Origin: Centroscyllium fabricii
Lineage: Eukaryota
Length of the DNA: 64,000 nt
NCBI GenBank assembly: GCA_051313645.2
Contig: JBNRSN020000034.1
Coordinates: 992,001-1,056,000 of the forward strand
Direction: 5' to 3'
The notes beneath the pieces are model-generated. The model searched no databases, was not told where the DNA came from, and saw only the letters and a program-made list of their open reading frames with translations. The position numbers and the translations under genes are program-made. Positions 33,648 through 46,869 of this stretch are shown here, piece by piece (the first letter of the stretch is position 1; each line of letters begins with the position of its first letter).

Positions 33648-35300
33648 ATATATTTAATGAACCGGCCTCCACCGCCCTCTGTGGCAGAGAATTCCACAGG
33701 TTCACCATTCTCTGGGTGAAGAAATTCCCCCTCATCTCAGTCCTAAATGGCTTTCCCCTTATCCTGAGACTATGGCCCCTGGTTCTGGACTCCCCTTTCA
33801 TCAGAAACATCCTTCCTGCATCCAGTCTGTCCAGGCCTGACAGAATTGTATAGGTTTCAATGAGATCCCCTCTCAATCGTCTGATCTCCAGTGAGTATAA
33901 GCCCAATCAACTCATTCTCTCCCCATACGTCATTCCTGCCATCTGAGGTATCAGCCTGGTGAATCTTCGCTGCACTCCTTCAATGGCAAGAACATCCTTC
34001 CTCAGATGAGGCGACCAAAACTGCACACAATACTCGAGGTGTAGTCTCACCAAGGTCCTGTAGAGCTGCAGCAAGACATCCTTGTTCTTATATTCGAACC
34101 CTCTTGCTACAAAGGCCAACATACCATTTGCCATCTTAACTGCCTGTTGCACCTGCATGCTTACCTTCAGTGACTGGTGCACAAGAACACCCAGGTCTCT
34201 TTGCACTTCCCTAGCTCACAATCTATTGCCATTCAAATAATAATCTGCCCTCCTGTTTTTGCCACCAAAGTGGATAACCTCACATTTATCCACATAATAG
34301 TGCATTTGCCATGTATCTGCCTAATCCCCCAACCTGTCCAAATCGCATTGGTGTTTCTCGACATCCTCCTCACAGCATACCCTCCCACCCAGCTTTGTGT
34401 CGTCTGCAAATTTGGAGATATTACATCCAATTTCCTCGTCCAGATCATTAATATATATATTGTGAACAGCTGGGGTCCTAGGACCGATCCTTGTGGTACC
34501 ACACTAGTCACTCGGAAAACGACCCGTTTATTCCAACTCTCTGTTTTCTATCTATCAACCAGTTCTCTATCCAAGTCAATACCTTGCCCCCTATCCGATG
34601 AGCCTTAATTTGCACGCTAATCTCTTATGAGGGACCTTATCGAAAGCTTTCTGAAAGTCCAAATACACCATGTCCACTGGTTCTCCCCTATCTATTTTAC
34701 CAGTTACATCCTCAAAAAATTCCAGTAGATTAGTCAAGCACGATTTACCTTTTGTAAATCCATGTTGACTCTGTCCGATCCCGTCACTGTTTTTCAAGTG
34801 TACTGCTATTACATCTTTAATAATGGACTCTAGCATTTTCCCCACTACCGATGTCAGGCTTACTGGTCTATAATTCCCCGCTTTTTCTCTACCCCCTTTT
34901 TTGAATAGTGGGGTAACATTAGCTACCCTCCAATCCATGGGTACTGTTCCAGAGTCTATTGAGTTCTGGAAAATGACGAGCAATGCATCTGCTATCTCCA
35001 GGGCCACTTCCTTAAGTACCCTAGGATGTAGATTATCAGGCCCTGGGGATTTGTCGGCCTTCAGTCCCTTCAACTTCCCCAACACCATATCCCTAAAAAT
35101 ACTGATTTCTATCAGTTCCTCCTCTCATTAGTCCCTATGTTTCCCGACATCTCTGGGAGGTTATTTGTGTCCTCCTTTGTGAAGACAGAACCAAAATATG
35201 TATTTAATTGGTCTGCCATTTCCTTGTTCCCCATTATATATTCCCCTGTTTTGGACTGCAAGGGACCGACGCTTGATTTCACCAATCTTTTCCTCTTAAT
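33648..35300 (-). mobile_element. CR1 LINE ORF2 fragment
   Basis: KSPGPDNLHPRVLKE, NYRPVSLTS, YLDFQKAFDKVPH, VPQGSVLGP and EYCVQFWSP on the minus strand. Confidence 0.92.
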
Positions 35301-35999
35301 ATATCTATAAAAGCTTTTGCAGATTCTTGCTGTTCATTTTCTGCTTCTGTATAGTTATCTAATTTTGTACATAAATTCATAATTAGATTTAGCCTGAATG
35401 ATGTGGTCTGACAGTCCGATATCTTCTGCATTTTGGAATGGACAGGAGAGTGTGCTGGGCAGTCCATGTAGTCTCCAGTGCATAATACTGTAGAAAATGG
35501 CAATTGCTATTCCAGTAACATGCTATCTCTTTCATGTCATTTCTAAGTCTGCAAATTTAAGTTCATGAGATATGTGGGTTTGTTTATGGAACATGATCTT
35601 TTGTTGTGAACACAACTTATGAGTGTTGGAAGAGAGTCTGAACTGTAACGCTGCTCTTCTGCAATATATTGTATGCGTCATAGCTTTTATGTGTGGATTT
35701 TGAGGTAATGGTGCACACGGTCAATTAAATGGTAGGTTTTCACAAAACAATGCACTGATGAATTTATATTATAAATTGAATTGTATTGACACTACTAAAA
35801 AAAACACATTGACCTCCTAGATAATTTATGGGGATCGAAACAGTCTTGGGAATTGTTATCACTAATACAGATAACTGTATGACATCATCATGCATTGACA
35901 AAAGGCTGTTAACAGTCTCCTTAAAACAATTAATGACTTTTTTCCTCCTCCACCAATTTTCTCTCTCCCCCTCCTTCCTTAAAGGCAGTGACTTAACAC

Positions 36000-36364
36000 A
36001 GAAACACAGAAAATAGGAGCAGGAGTAGGCCATTTGGCCCTTCGAGCCTACTCCGCCATTTTGATAAGATCATGGCTGATCATCCAAACCCTACACCCCC
36101 CTCCTACCATATCCCCCAACACCCCCAACTCTGAGAACTATATCTCACACACATACTCATGGGCAATTTTTAGTATCTCCAATTCACCTAACCTGCATGT
36201 CTTTGGGTGGTGGGAGGAAACCGGAGTACCCGGAGGAAACCCACATGAACACGGGGAGAACATGCAAACTCCACACAGAGAGGTCCCGGGCCAAGCAGGA
36301 TTCGAACCCAGGAGCTCCTTATTGCGAGGCAGCAGTGCTAACCACTGCGCCACCGTGTTGCCCC
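36000..36364 (-). mobile_element. V-SINE, different subfamily
   Basis: Head TGGCGCAGTGG...GGTTCGAATCC on the minus strand, V-domain and CR1-type tail. Confidence 0.85.
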
Positions 36365-36669
36365 TGCTGGTCTGTGGTTTCACAGGTGCTGATTCTCTCC
36401 TTTACCCAAGCTAAGTTGCTCATGGTGAGCCTTCATGGTGTGTGTCATCAGGCGGTATCACAGGCAAGGCCCGTCCTGTTGACTCTCTGTCCACAACACG
36501 TGTAATTCCAACTTAACTTACTGGATTAAAAGTGGGGTGCCTGGCTCATTTTCCCATTCCTAATGCAAAAGTACTGAGTTCAATTATATTTTAAAAAACT
36601 TGCATTTATATAGCACCTTTCATGGCCTCAGGATAACTCAAAGCACTTTAAACTGCACAAGATAAGAGC

Positions 36670-37783
36670 TCATGGTGTTGGGGGTAATATATTATCATGG
36701 ATAGAGGATTGCCTAACTAACAGAAAACAGAGAGTCGGGATAAATGGGTCATTTTCAGGTTGGAAATATAAATTAATGCTATTCACAATATACATTAATG
36801 ATTTAGAAAAGGGAACTAAATGTAATGTCTCCAAGTTTGCAGATGACACAAAGCTGGGAGGGCGTGTGTGCTGCGAGGAGGATACCAGGAAGCTCCAGGA
36901 TGATTTGGACAGGTTGGGCGAGTGGGCTGAGACATGGCAGATGCAGTATAATGTGGATAAATGCGAGGTTATCCACTTTGAGGGCAAAAACAGAAATGCC
37001 GACTATTATCTGAATGGCAACAGATTGGGAGAAGGGGAAGTACAATGAGACCTGGGTGTCCTTGTGCACCAGTTACTGAAGGTGAGCATGCAGGTGCAAC
37101 AGGCAGTTAAGAAGGCAAATGGTATGTTGGCCTTCATAGCGAGAGGGTTCGAGTACAGGAACAGGGAGGTCTTGCTGCAGTTGTACAGGGCCTTGGTGAG
37201 ACCACACCTTGAATACAGTGTGCAAATTTGGTCTCCTTATCTAAGGAAGGACATTCTTGCCATGGAGGGAGTGCAGAGAAGATTCACCAGGCTGATACCT
37301 GGGATGGCAGGAATGATGTATGAGGAGAGACTGGGTAGACTGGGTTTGTACTCTCTGGAGTTTAGAAGATTGAGAGGGGAATCTCATTGAAACGTATAAA
37401 ATTCTAACTGGTCTGGACAAACTTGATGCAGGAATAATGTTCCCGATGATCGGAGAGTCCAGAACCAGGGGTCATAGTCTAAGGATAAGGGGTAACCCAT
37501 TGAGGACAGAGATGAGGAGGAATTTCTTCACCCAGAGAGTGGTGAACCTGTGGAATTCTCTGCCACAGAGGGCGGTGGAGGTTAGTTCATTGAATATATT
37601 CAAGAAGGAGCTGGATGTATTTCTTAAGGCTAGAGGGATCAAGGGATATGGGGAGAAGGCAGGGACAGGGTACTGAGATTGGATGATCAGCCATGATCTC
37701 ATTGAATGGCGGAGCAGGCTCGAGGGGCCGAATGGCCTACTCCTGCTCCTATCTTCTATGTTTCTGTGTTTCTATGTTTCTAT
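36670..37783 (+). mobile_element. 5'-truncated CR1 LINE with intact 3' tail
   Basis: KFADDTK, RPHLEYSVQIW, TRGHSLRI and a (TTTCTATG)n end. Confidence 0.92.
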
Positions 37784-37851
37784 GGAAAACTGTAACTATG
37801 AGGTCCCACAGGGATCAGTGCTGGAGTCTCAACTATTTACAATCTATATTA

Positions 37852-39344
37852 ATGGGCCGAATTTTCCGATGGCCCCCGAGGCCAAACGTGTGAGTACGGA
37901 GCAGGTACTCATGCGTGCGGCCCTCGGAAGTGCTGATTCTGTGCGTGCACCGAGCATGCGCACAGAACCAGTACTTCCGATGCCAGCTCTGGGGGGGGTC
38001 AAGAGCCAGAGCATGTTGGCCTGCGCACCAGGAGGTGCGCAGTGCACTTCCGATTTTTTTGGAAGTTTTTTATCGGGGTAAGTATCGGAAAAGATAATGG
38101 GCCAGAATTTTGGGTTTGCCGGTTGGTGGGGAACTAGGACCATGTGGATCCCTAACGAACCGCACCAACATCGGACTTTTTTTACTCTCTGCATTTCGGC
38201 TCGGCTCCGCCCCCTTCCTGCGCAACGTGGCAGTCCAGCCACGCTAGGAGCGCAGTGTATGCCCCGCCCACAGATCCCAAATTTAAATTAAAAAACGCCC
38301 ACAGATCCCCAATTTAAATTAAAAAACGCCCACAGATCCCGAGTCGGACCTTTGAGAGAGCAGGGACGTGAGGCGCTGCACTCACAGACTTGGCAGTGAG
38401 CAACGCGGCCAGACCAGCTTTTGACCGAAGTTAAGTCAGTGATTTTTTCTCTTAGTTTTTTAACTTCACTAAATTAGTTAAAAATTTCAGAACTCTAAAT
38501 TTAAAAATTAGCGATTTGGAATAGGTATAGCAATTCAAAATCGGATTTGTAAATTTTCAAAAAAAACTTTAACATCCAAATTTAATGATACCACATTACT
38601 CCCAAAAACTGTTAAAACTTAAAATTAAAGGTAAAAAAGTAACTTACCTTGTTTAAGAACGTTTTTCTCTCCCTCACGCATGAGTTACTACAGCTTTTCT
38701 TAAGTGCATCTCAAGGCTCCATTGTCCACAGAATCACGCAGCAAATTGACCCTTTTCCACCGGAAATCTTGGGTGCAACTCACTCCTGCGTTTGATGCTG
38801 AGGGCCCTTCTCCCTCAGCATTGGAAATCTCGGATCCGTGGGCATCTCCCGTGCATTCATTGCACGGGGCATTTCATCCGTGGGCATCTGGTTTGAGGCA
38901 CCCGAAATTCTGGCCCATTATCAGCCGTAACTACCCATTTTTAGCAGGTAAGTCTCTATTTTATTCAATTTATGTATTTCTTTTACAGGTTTTTTATTTT
39001 TTAATAATTTAAACAAAGGTAAGTCATTTTTTAGCCTAGTTCAAAACATAAAATATTTTTTCAAAATTTTTATTTTTTGTTTAAAATAGGTCATTTATGT
39101 TAGTGATAGTAATGTTAAAAAGTGTGGTGTTTTTTTTAAAATTTATTTTATTATTTAGTGTGTTTTTGGGGCTCTTGCATTTCATAACTTTGACAGAGTT
39201 GCCTCAGCACGGTGCGTGGAGCTTGGAGCCAGCCAGAGAATCGGGATTTCAAATCCCAGAAGAGAACAACGGCAGCTGCGCTCCGTAAGTGTAGTTTTGA
39301 AGCTTGCACCTGCGGCAAGGCTCCGAGGCTAATTTTTGGGCCAT
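37852..39344. mobile_element. MITE of the same family as 1099-1869, containing a nested MITE
   Basis: Termini ATGGGCCGAATTT and AATTTTTGGGCCAT; interior homologous to 1360-1570. Confidence 0.7.
38096..38920. mobile_element. Nested MITE with near-perfect TIRs
   Basis: TAATGGGCCAGAATTTTGGG at the left end and CCCGAAATTCTGGCCCATTA at the right; internal 31-bp tandem duplication at 38265-38340. Confidence 0.8.
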
Positions 39345-39434
39345 TGAGTTGGATGAAGGGACCAAGTGTACTGTAGCCAAATTTGCTGATGATACAAAGA
39401 CAGTTGGGAAAGCAAGTTGTGAGGATGATACAAC

Positions 39435-40193
39435 GGGCTAGAAATTCGATGGCACACATTTTCTGGCGGTAACCTCGGCGCAGCGCTACTTTTAGCGCTT
39501 GCTGATCGCTGGTGCCGTTAGCGCTGAAATTCAGTTGTAGCGCCCATAGTAGGAGGTCGGGTGCTAAAACAGGCGCCCAACCTCGTTCTTCAGGCGCTGC
39601 AGCCGACGTTCTGGGCACTGGGGGTCGCTGTGACATGCAGCACGGAGTGGCGCCCCGCGGTACTGCAGGCCTTCCTCCCCGATTAAAGGGGAGGGGCCTA
39701 GTGCGGCTGCGGCCAGAGCCCCGCAGGGCCGCCGTGGGACGACATGATGCCGAAGGAGCCTGGCACTCGAGGGAAGTGCAGGACTCAGCGATCGGAGGTA
39801 GGACACCGCGGTGGGGGGGCAGCGGGGGAGGCTGGGGGCAGTAGAGAGGGAAGGTGCTGGCAGTCGGCCAGCAATAAAAATGGCCGTCCAGCACCCTCCC
39901 CTTTAAGCAGCGCTCCCCCACTGCAGTTATGGCTGGAAAAAGCTGTCACGGGCAGCGCCCATGAAAACTCAGCGCGCGCTACTCAATTTCAGTCGCAGGC
40001 GCCAGCGTGGCGCTGCGTTCACTGATGATGTCATCCCCGACGGCAAGCAGTGTGTAATATTCAGTGGGGCGCTACCGGTTACCGCCCACCTTAGCACCCC
40101 ACTGAATACCGCGGGAGGCGCTAAGTGTCTTGCGCCCCATTAGTGCCCTTTTTGGGTGCTAACGGCAGGCGCAAGCTACCCAATTTTTCCCCC
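39435..40193. mobile_element. Harbinger-derived MITE
   Basis: Termini GGGCTAGAAATT and AATTTTTCCCCC; CR1 sequence continues on both sides. Confidence 0.7.
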
Positions 40194-40277
40194 ATAGAGT
40201 CTGCAAAGGGTTATAGGTAGGTTAAGTGAGTGGGCAAAAATTTGGCAGATGGAGTATAATGTGGGAAAATGCGAGGG

Positions 40278-43200
40278 TGTAGGAATTTGCAGATTGCTAG
40301 CTGAAGAATCGATGTCCACACAGAGGAACAGTGAACAGTAGATCTTTACTCAAAGCAGTCGTTGATGAAACTGGCTGTACAATCCCGCGCCCAAACGTGA
40401 TGACGTCATCACGTGTCATCATGTGGGTCCGCATTTCCCGCGCTCTTAAAGAGGACACGCCCCGTACATATGAAAGATACAATAACAGTTAGATTTGTGC
40501 CTAACACCATGTTTGAATGTCCGAATGGTGTTAGGAGTCTGTTAGAGGGAATCATGAACATGGATATTATTTACAGTTATATACAACGGATGGTGGACCT
40601 GCCACATGCGCCCCCCCCCAGAATTCTCTCCAATGGACAGAGTCAAATGTTGGGGAAGTTTGACGAGTCTGCCCGAACGGCTGCGATATTCAGACTGCAG
40701 AGGCTGCGGTGTGGCTAGTGGACTGGCAGGCGGTTGTGCGGGCGGTTGTGGTGAATTAGCAGGTACAACGGTAGAAGGTCTACCCCGCCTCGGCGGTTGC
40801 GCTGTCTGCACCAGGGAGTCGGGATCCAGATGAGCCGGTTTGAGGCAGTCGACAGAGATGTGGTCAGCTTTGCCTCCAACATCGATGGTGAAGGACTTGT
40901 CACCCACCTACAATATGTGAAAATGCTCAGTATACGAGGCCTTGAGGGGATCCTTGTGGGCATCATGCCGAATGAAGATGTATTCAGTGTCGTGAAGCTC
41001 CTTGGGTATGTGAAAGCATTGAAACTCGTGCTGTGAGGTGGGAACTGGGCGGAAACATCTGGCGGCCTCCTGATGTTGTACCAGCTGCGCAGAGACAGAC
41101 CAGGACTCGGTGGCGGTAGGAATAAACTCACCCAGGAGTCTGAGGTGTTGACCGTAAACCAATTCCGCGCAGGAAGAATGTAGGTCATCCTTAGCAGCAG
41201 TGCAAAGGCCTAACAGGACCCATGGCAGCTTGTCCACCCAACTTGCATCCTGAAGACTGGCCCTCAGCGCGGTCTTCATTGACCGTGAAATCTCTCACAG
41301 AGACCGTTGGCTTGCGGGTGGTAAGCTGTGGTTCAGTGTAGTTTGGTGCCGAGCCCCTGGGCCACCGCATTCCATAGCTCTGAGGTGAACTGTGGGCCTC
41401 TGTCCGATGAGATGTCAGCTGGAACACCGAACCGGGCAACCCACGTGGCGAGGAACGCTCTGGCCATTTCCGCTGCAGTGGTCGACACAAGTGGAACTGC
41501 CTCTGGCCATCTAGTGGTGCAGTCAACCATCATCAGGATGTGCAAGTAACCATGTGATGGCAGAAGGGGGCCCACTAAATCCACATGGACGTGGTCGAAC
41601 CTACGTTCCGGTACCGTGAAAGGTGCAAGCGGCGCTTTGATGTGACGGTGCGTTTTTGACTTCTGGTAGACAACACATGTATACGCCCAGTCCCGGACGT
41701 CTTTATGGAGGCATGCCAAACGAACTTCACTGACATCAGCTTCTGGGAGGCCGTCATGCCGGGATGTGACAGCCCGTGTACCGAGTCGAAACCTTGCGTC
41801 GCCAAGTGACCGGAACGATGGGCCGAGTCTCCTTGACCGAGATGTCACACAGCAATGTGGTGCTGGCCGCGTGGAAATGGACATCAGCCAGCTGAAGACC
41901 TGTGACCGCTGTCTTGTAAGACTGTACCTCTGGGTCTGTAACCTGGTCCGCCGCCATGCAGGCATAATCAATGCCTAACTGGATGGTGTGGATGGCCGAA
42001 CGGGAGAGACAATCTGCCACCAGATTGTCTTTGCCGACCACGTGCTGAATATCTGTGGTGAATTCCGAGATGTACGTGAGCTGCCGTTGTTGTCGGCTGA
42101 CCACGGTTCGCCGGTCTTGGACATCACAAACGTGAGTGGTTTGTGGTCGACAAAGGCTGTAAAGGGACGACGTTCCAGAAGGAAGCGAAAGTGCCAGATA
42201 GCCAAGAAAAGGGCAAGCAATTCCCGGTCAAAGGTGCTGTAGGCCCTCTCATTTTGCCGCAGCTGCCGGCTGAAGAAGGCCAAAGGTTGTCAGGCACCGT
42301 TAAGCCACTGTTGCTGTACAGCACCGATGGCGTAATCCGGCACATCGGTGGTGAGGGCTATGATGGCTCCCGGCAGAGGGTGTGCCAGTATGGTGGCATT
42401 GGCTAAGGCGAGCTTTGTGTCATCGAACGCCCAGGTCATCTCTTCTGTCCACTAGACCGGGTTCTTGCCGACCTTGCCTTTGAGAGCCTCGTACAGGAGT
42501 CGCATGAGAAGTGTCGCTTTAGGCACGAATCGGTGATAGAAATTCACCATGCCGAGAAATTCTTGCATGGCCTTGATGGTTTGTGGGCGTGGGAAGGCTG
42601 TCACCGCCTACACTTTAGCTGGCAACGGGACTGCTCCCTCTGCCAAAATGTGGTGCCCCAGGAAGTCAATCTGGTTCAAGCCAAACTGGCACTTAGCTGG
42701 GTTGATAATGAGACCGTGCTGGCTAAGGCATTGAAACAAAGCACGCAGGTGAGTAAGATGTTCCACTTTGTTCGGACTGGCCACTAAGATGTCGTCCAAA
42801 TAGACAAAAATGAATTTCAGGTCCCGCAGCACGGAGTCCATCAAGCGCTGGAAAGCCTGGGCAGCATTCCTCAGACTGAAGGGCATCCTGAGGAATTCAA
42901 AGAGGCCGAACAGAGTGATGACTGCAGTCTTTTGGACACCTTGTGGGTGCACGGGAACTTGGTGGTAGCCCCGGATGAGGTCGACCTTCGAGAAGATGGT
43001 ATTACCTGCCAAATGGGCAGAGAAATCCTGGATATGGGGGATTGGGTAACGATCCGGTGTGGTGGCGTCGTTCAGGCGACGGTAGTCACCGCAGGGCCGC
43101 CAGCCGCCACCAGGACGAATAATCCCCAGCCGCTCCATCGTGGCAAACTCTGTCTTTGCGACCGCCATCTTGCCGGGTTCGAGGCGCCGGGCCCGCGCGT

Positions 43201-44704
43201 AAACCGGGGGGCCGTTGGTGGAGCTGTGGTGCTCCACGCCATGCTTGGCGAATGAAGAGGAGAAGGTGGGCTGAGTGAGGCCGGGGAATTCACCCAGTAG
43301 GTGGGAAAATTCGTCTGGAGTTGGAAACGTGCAGGAGACTGTGCATGCCATCGTGTTGCTGAGATGACATGGCAGCGAGTGAAATGTTGCTGCGTTAATT
43401 AACCACCGATCACAGACATCCACCAGGAGGCCGTGGGCGCATAAGAAATCCACACCAAGGAGGGGCTGGTACACCTTGGCCATGACGAAATCCCAGTTGA
43501 AGCGCTGGCCGCCGAAACAAACTTCCACCCGCCGCTTGCGCCATTTGCTGATTCGAGGGGAGGTCCACAATGGCCAGTCTGGACATCGAGGGTGGATGCG
43601 GGCAGAATGCTGCACTGCGCACTGATGTCGCACAGGAACCGTCGGCCCGAAAGGGAGTCAGTTACAAAAAGAAGTTTTCCTGCAGATCCAACCACCATTG
43701 CTGCCATGGGAGGCTTGCTAGAACTGGTCTGCCATGGCCGTGGCATCAGTTGGATATTTTGTTTTAGGATAACGTGCAGGGAGGATGGCAGCGCCGTGCC
43801 TTTGCGCCGAACTGCGCGTGGTAGAAACAGAGGCCCACAGCCGGACGAGCTGGGGCGTTGTCCATGGGGGTTGAGTAATTTGTCGAGTAACAGCGAAAAT
43901 TTTATCGGCTTCGGCCACGAGGTCGGCGCAGTCGGTGATCGATGAGCCAGCGAGGGCGGCTTGCACCTGCTCGGGTAGCTGGCTAAGGAATAACTCTCGG
44001 AAGAGAAAACATTCTGTTTCCGAGCCCAGGAGCGTGAGCATTTGGCTCGTTAATTCCGAGGGCTTGAATTCCCCGAGGCCGGGTGTCGCGAGCAGTCGAC
44101 GAGCCCGCTCTGCTTTGGAGAGGCCGAAGACCTGAAGTAATCTAGCTTTCAGACTTTCTAGGAGGCTGACGACCCGGGAGGCTGTGGAGCTGTCGAGGAT
44201 GGAGACTACATAAAGGAATTTTGTGTTGTCTTCCACGATGTCTCGTAGGGTGAACTGGGCCTCGACTTGCACGAACCACGCAGGCGCCTGCTGCTCCCAG
44301 AATTGAGGCAGCTTCAGGGCCACAGCATTTGCTGCGATCTTGCTGCGATAGCTGGTGAATACGGTCACCAACTCGGGGTCACCAATGTAGGAATCAGCAG
44401 ATTCCTAGCTAAAGAATCAATGTCCACACAGAGGCACAGTGAACAGTAGGTCTTTACTCAAAGCAGTCGTTGATGAAACTGGCTGTACAATCCCGCGCCC
44501 AAACGTGATGACGTCATCACGTGCCATCATGTGTCATCACGTGTGTCCGCGTTTCCCGCGCTCTTAAAGGGGACACGCCCCGTACATATGAAAGATGCAA
44601 TAACAGTTACATTTGTGCCTAACACCCTGGTTGAATGTCCGAATGGTGTTAGGCGTCTTGGATATTATTTACAGTTATACACAACGGATGGTGGACCTGC
44701 CACA
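40278..44704 (-). mobile_element. Full-length degenerate Ty3/Gypsy element (CsRn1-like); LTRs 44386-44704 and 40278-40606; TSD AGGG
   Basis: TG...CA LTR pair, PBS TGGTGACCCCGA (tRNA-Trp type), G-rich PPT, gag LKLPQFW, RT CGDYRRLN/YLDD, RH and IN fragments with frameshifts. Confidence 0.95.
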
Positions 44705-46103
44705 AGGGTGTCCAGTTTGGTAGGAAAAATAGAAAAGCAAAATATTATTTAAATGGAGAGAGACTACAGAACGCTGCGGTACAGAGGGATCTGGAGGCCC
44801 TCATACATGAAACACAAAAAGTTAGCATGCAGGTACAGCAAGTAATTAGGAAGGCAAATGGAGTGTTAGCCTTTATTGCAAGGGGGATGGAGTATAAAAG
44901 TAGGGAAGTCTTGCTGCAATTGTACAGGGCGCTGGTGAGACCGCACCAAGAGTACTGTGTACAGTTTTAGTCTCATTATAGAGGGATATACTTGCATTGG
45001 AGACAGTTCAGAGAAGGTTCACTAGGTTGATTCCTGAGTTGAAGGGTTTGTCTTATGAGGAAAGGTTGAGCAGGTTGGGCCTATACTCATTGGAGTTTAG
45101 AAGAATGAGAGGTGATCTTATTGAAACATAATAAGATTCTGAGGGGGCTTTACAGGGTAGATGCTGAGAGGATGTTTCCCCTCTTGGGGGAATCTAAAAC
45201 TAGGGGATATAATTTCAGAATAAGTGGTCAGCCATTTAAGATGGAGATGAGGAGAAATTTATTCTCTCAGAGGGTCATGAATCTTTGGAATCCTCTACCC
45301 CAGGGAGCTATGGAGGCAGAGTCAGTGAATATATTCAACGCTGAGATAGACAGATATTTGAACTACAGGGGAGTCAGGGGTTATGGGGAACAGGCAGAAA
45401 AGTGGAGTTGAGGCCAAGATCAGATCAGCCATGATATCATTGAACAGCGGAGCAGGCTCAAGGGGCCGAATGGCCTACTCCTGCTCCAATTTCTTATGTT
45501 CTTATAAAGCCAATGAAGTACTTTTGAAGTGTAGTCATTGTTGTAATGTAGGAAACACAGCAGCCAATTTGCACACAGCATAGAAACATAGAAGAAACAT
45601 AGACAAATGGGAGCAGGAGTAGGCCATTCAGCCCTTCGAGCCTGCTCCGCCATTCACTATGATCATGGCTGATCCTCTATCTGAATACCATATTTCCACT
45701 CTCTCCACATACCCCTTGATGCCTTTTGTGTCTAGAGATCTCTCTCTTTCCTTCTTAAATATATTCAGCGACCTGGCCTCCACAGCCTTCTGTGGTAGAG
45801 AATTTCACAGGTTCACCACTCTCTGAGTGAAGAAATTTCTCCTCATCTCAGTCCTAAATATCCTACCCCATATCCTGAGACTGTGACCCCTCATTCTAGA
45901 CACCCCAGCCAGGGGAAACATCGTCCCTGCATCCAGTCTGTCTAGCCCTGTCAGAATTTTATATGTTTCAATGAGATCCCCTCTAATTTTTCTAAACCCT
46001 AGTGAATACAGGCCTAGTCGACCCAATCTCTCCTAATATGACAGCCCTGCCATCCCAGGAATCAGTCTGGTGAACCGTCGCTGCACTCCCTCTATGGCAA
46101 GTG

Positions 46104-46869
46104 CAGGTACACAATCCCTTATCCGCAACTCCAAAAACCGAAAAGCTCCAAAAACCGAAGTTTTTCTTCAATTTATTTAAGAAAAAAATTATTTAAGTTG
46201 CAGCAGAAAAAACACATTCCTACCCCGATTTTGTGCTGTTGATGCCGTGCTGTGGAAAAAATCGGCCGATCTCCTCCTGCAAACGGCCGATTTCCCCTGC
46301 AAACGGCCGATCTCCTCCTGCAAATGGCCGATCTCCTCCTCCAAACGGCCGATCTCCCCTGCAACCGGCGGATTTCCCCTGCAAACGGCCGATCTCCTCC
46401 TCCAAATGGCCGATCTCCCCTGCAAACGGCAGATCTCCCCTGCAATCGGCCGATATGCCGTTCCCCGACTGCGAGCTGGGCCGCAAAAACGGAAATGCGC
46501 ATGCGCACTGGGGCCAACTCTAAAAACCGTTGTGGGGAACAGTAGTTTCCCACTCTTTAAATATTAAGAAACGGAGGAAAACAGCGGAGCAAAATCAAAC
46601 AAGTCTTTATTCAACTTCATCCACGCAGAACTGCTGGAAAACGGCGCGAAAACGCAAAGCACTGTGGGGCTCTTGAGTGACAGCCCTTCGGACCGTAACC
46701 GTTGACCTAACTTATCCAATGGGGAAACGGGGGCGGGCCCATTCGGGAAAGGTGGATTCTGTGTCCGAGAGATCAGATGTCTCTCTTGGGTGGCTACGCT
46801 ACACCGTATTTATCCGAAAACCGAGACCCACCCGGTCCCGAAGTTTTCGGATAAAGGGTTGTGTACCTG
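46104..46869. mobile_element. Tc1/mariner-type MITE with internal 21-22-bp minisatellite
   Basis: TIRs CAGGTACACAATCCCTTATCCG and CGGATAAAGGGTTGTGTACCTG, TA on the right flank, and GCAAACGGCCGATCTCCCCT repeats at 46260-46455. Confidence 0.88.
46531..46803 (-). mobile_element. Solo LTR with 4-bp TSD CCGT inside the MITE
   Basis: TG...CA ends with CCGT on both flanks; absent from the MITE copy at 53909. Its minus-strand start TGTAGCGTAGC resembles the LTR at 50592. Confidence 0.88.

Larger units (their letters stand above)
37790..45503 (+). mobile_element. Older CR1 LINE split by three insertions
   Basis: Colinear CR1 pieces at 37790-37851, 39345-39434, 40194-40277 and 44705-45503, ending in TTCTTATG repeats. 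Confidence 0.8.

Noticed and set aside
46173-46567. Stack of overlapping ORFs (also 53971-54399 and 1966-2525)
   Set aside because: They arise from stop-free minisatellites, not from genes.
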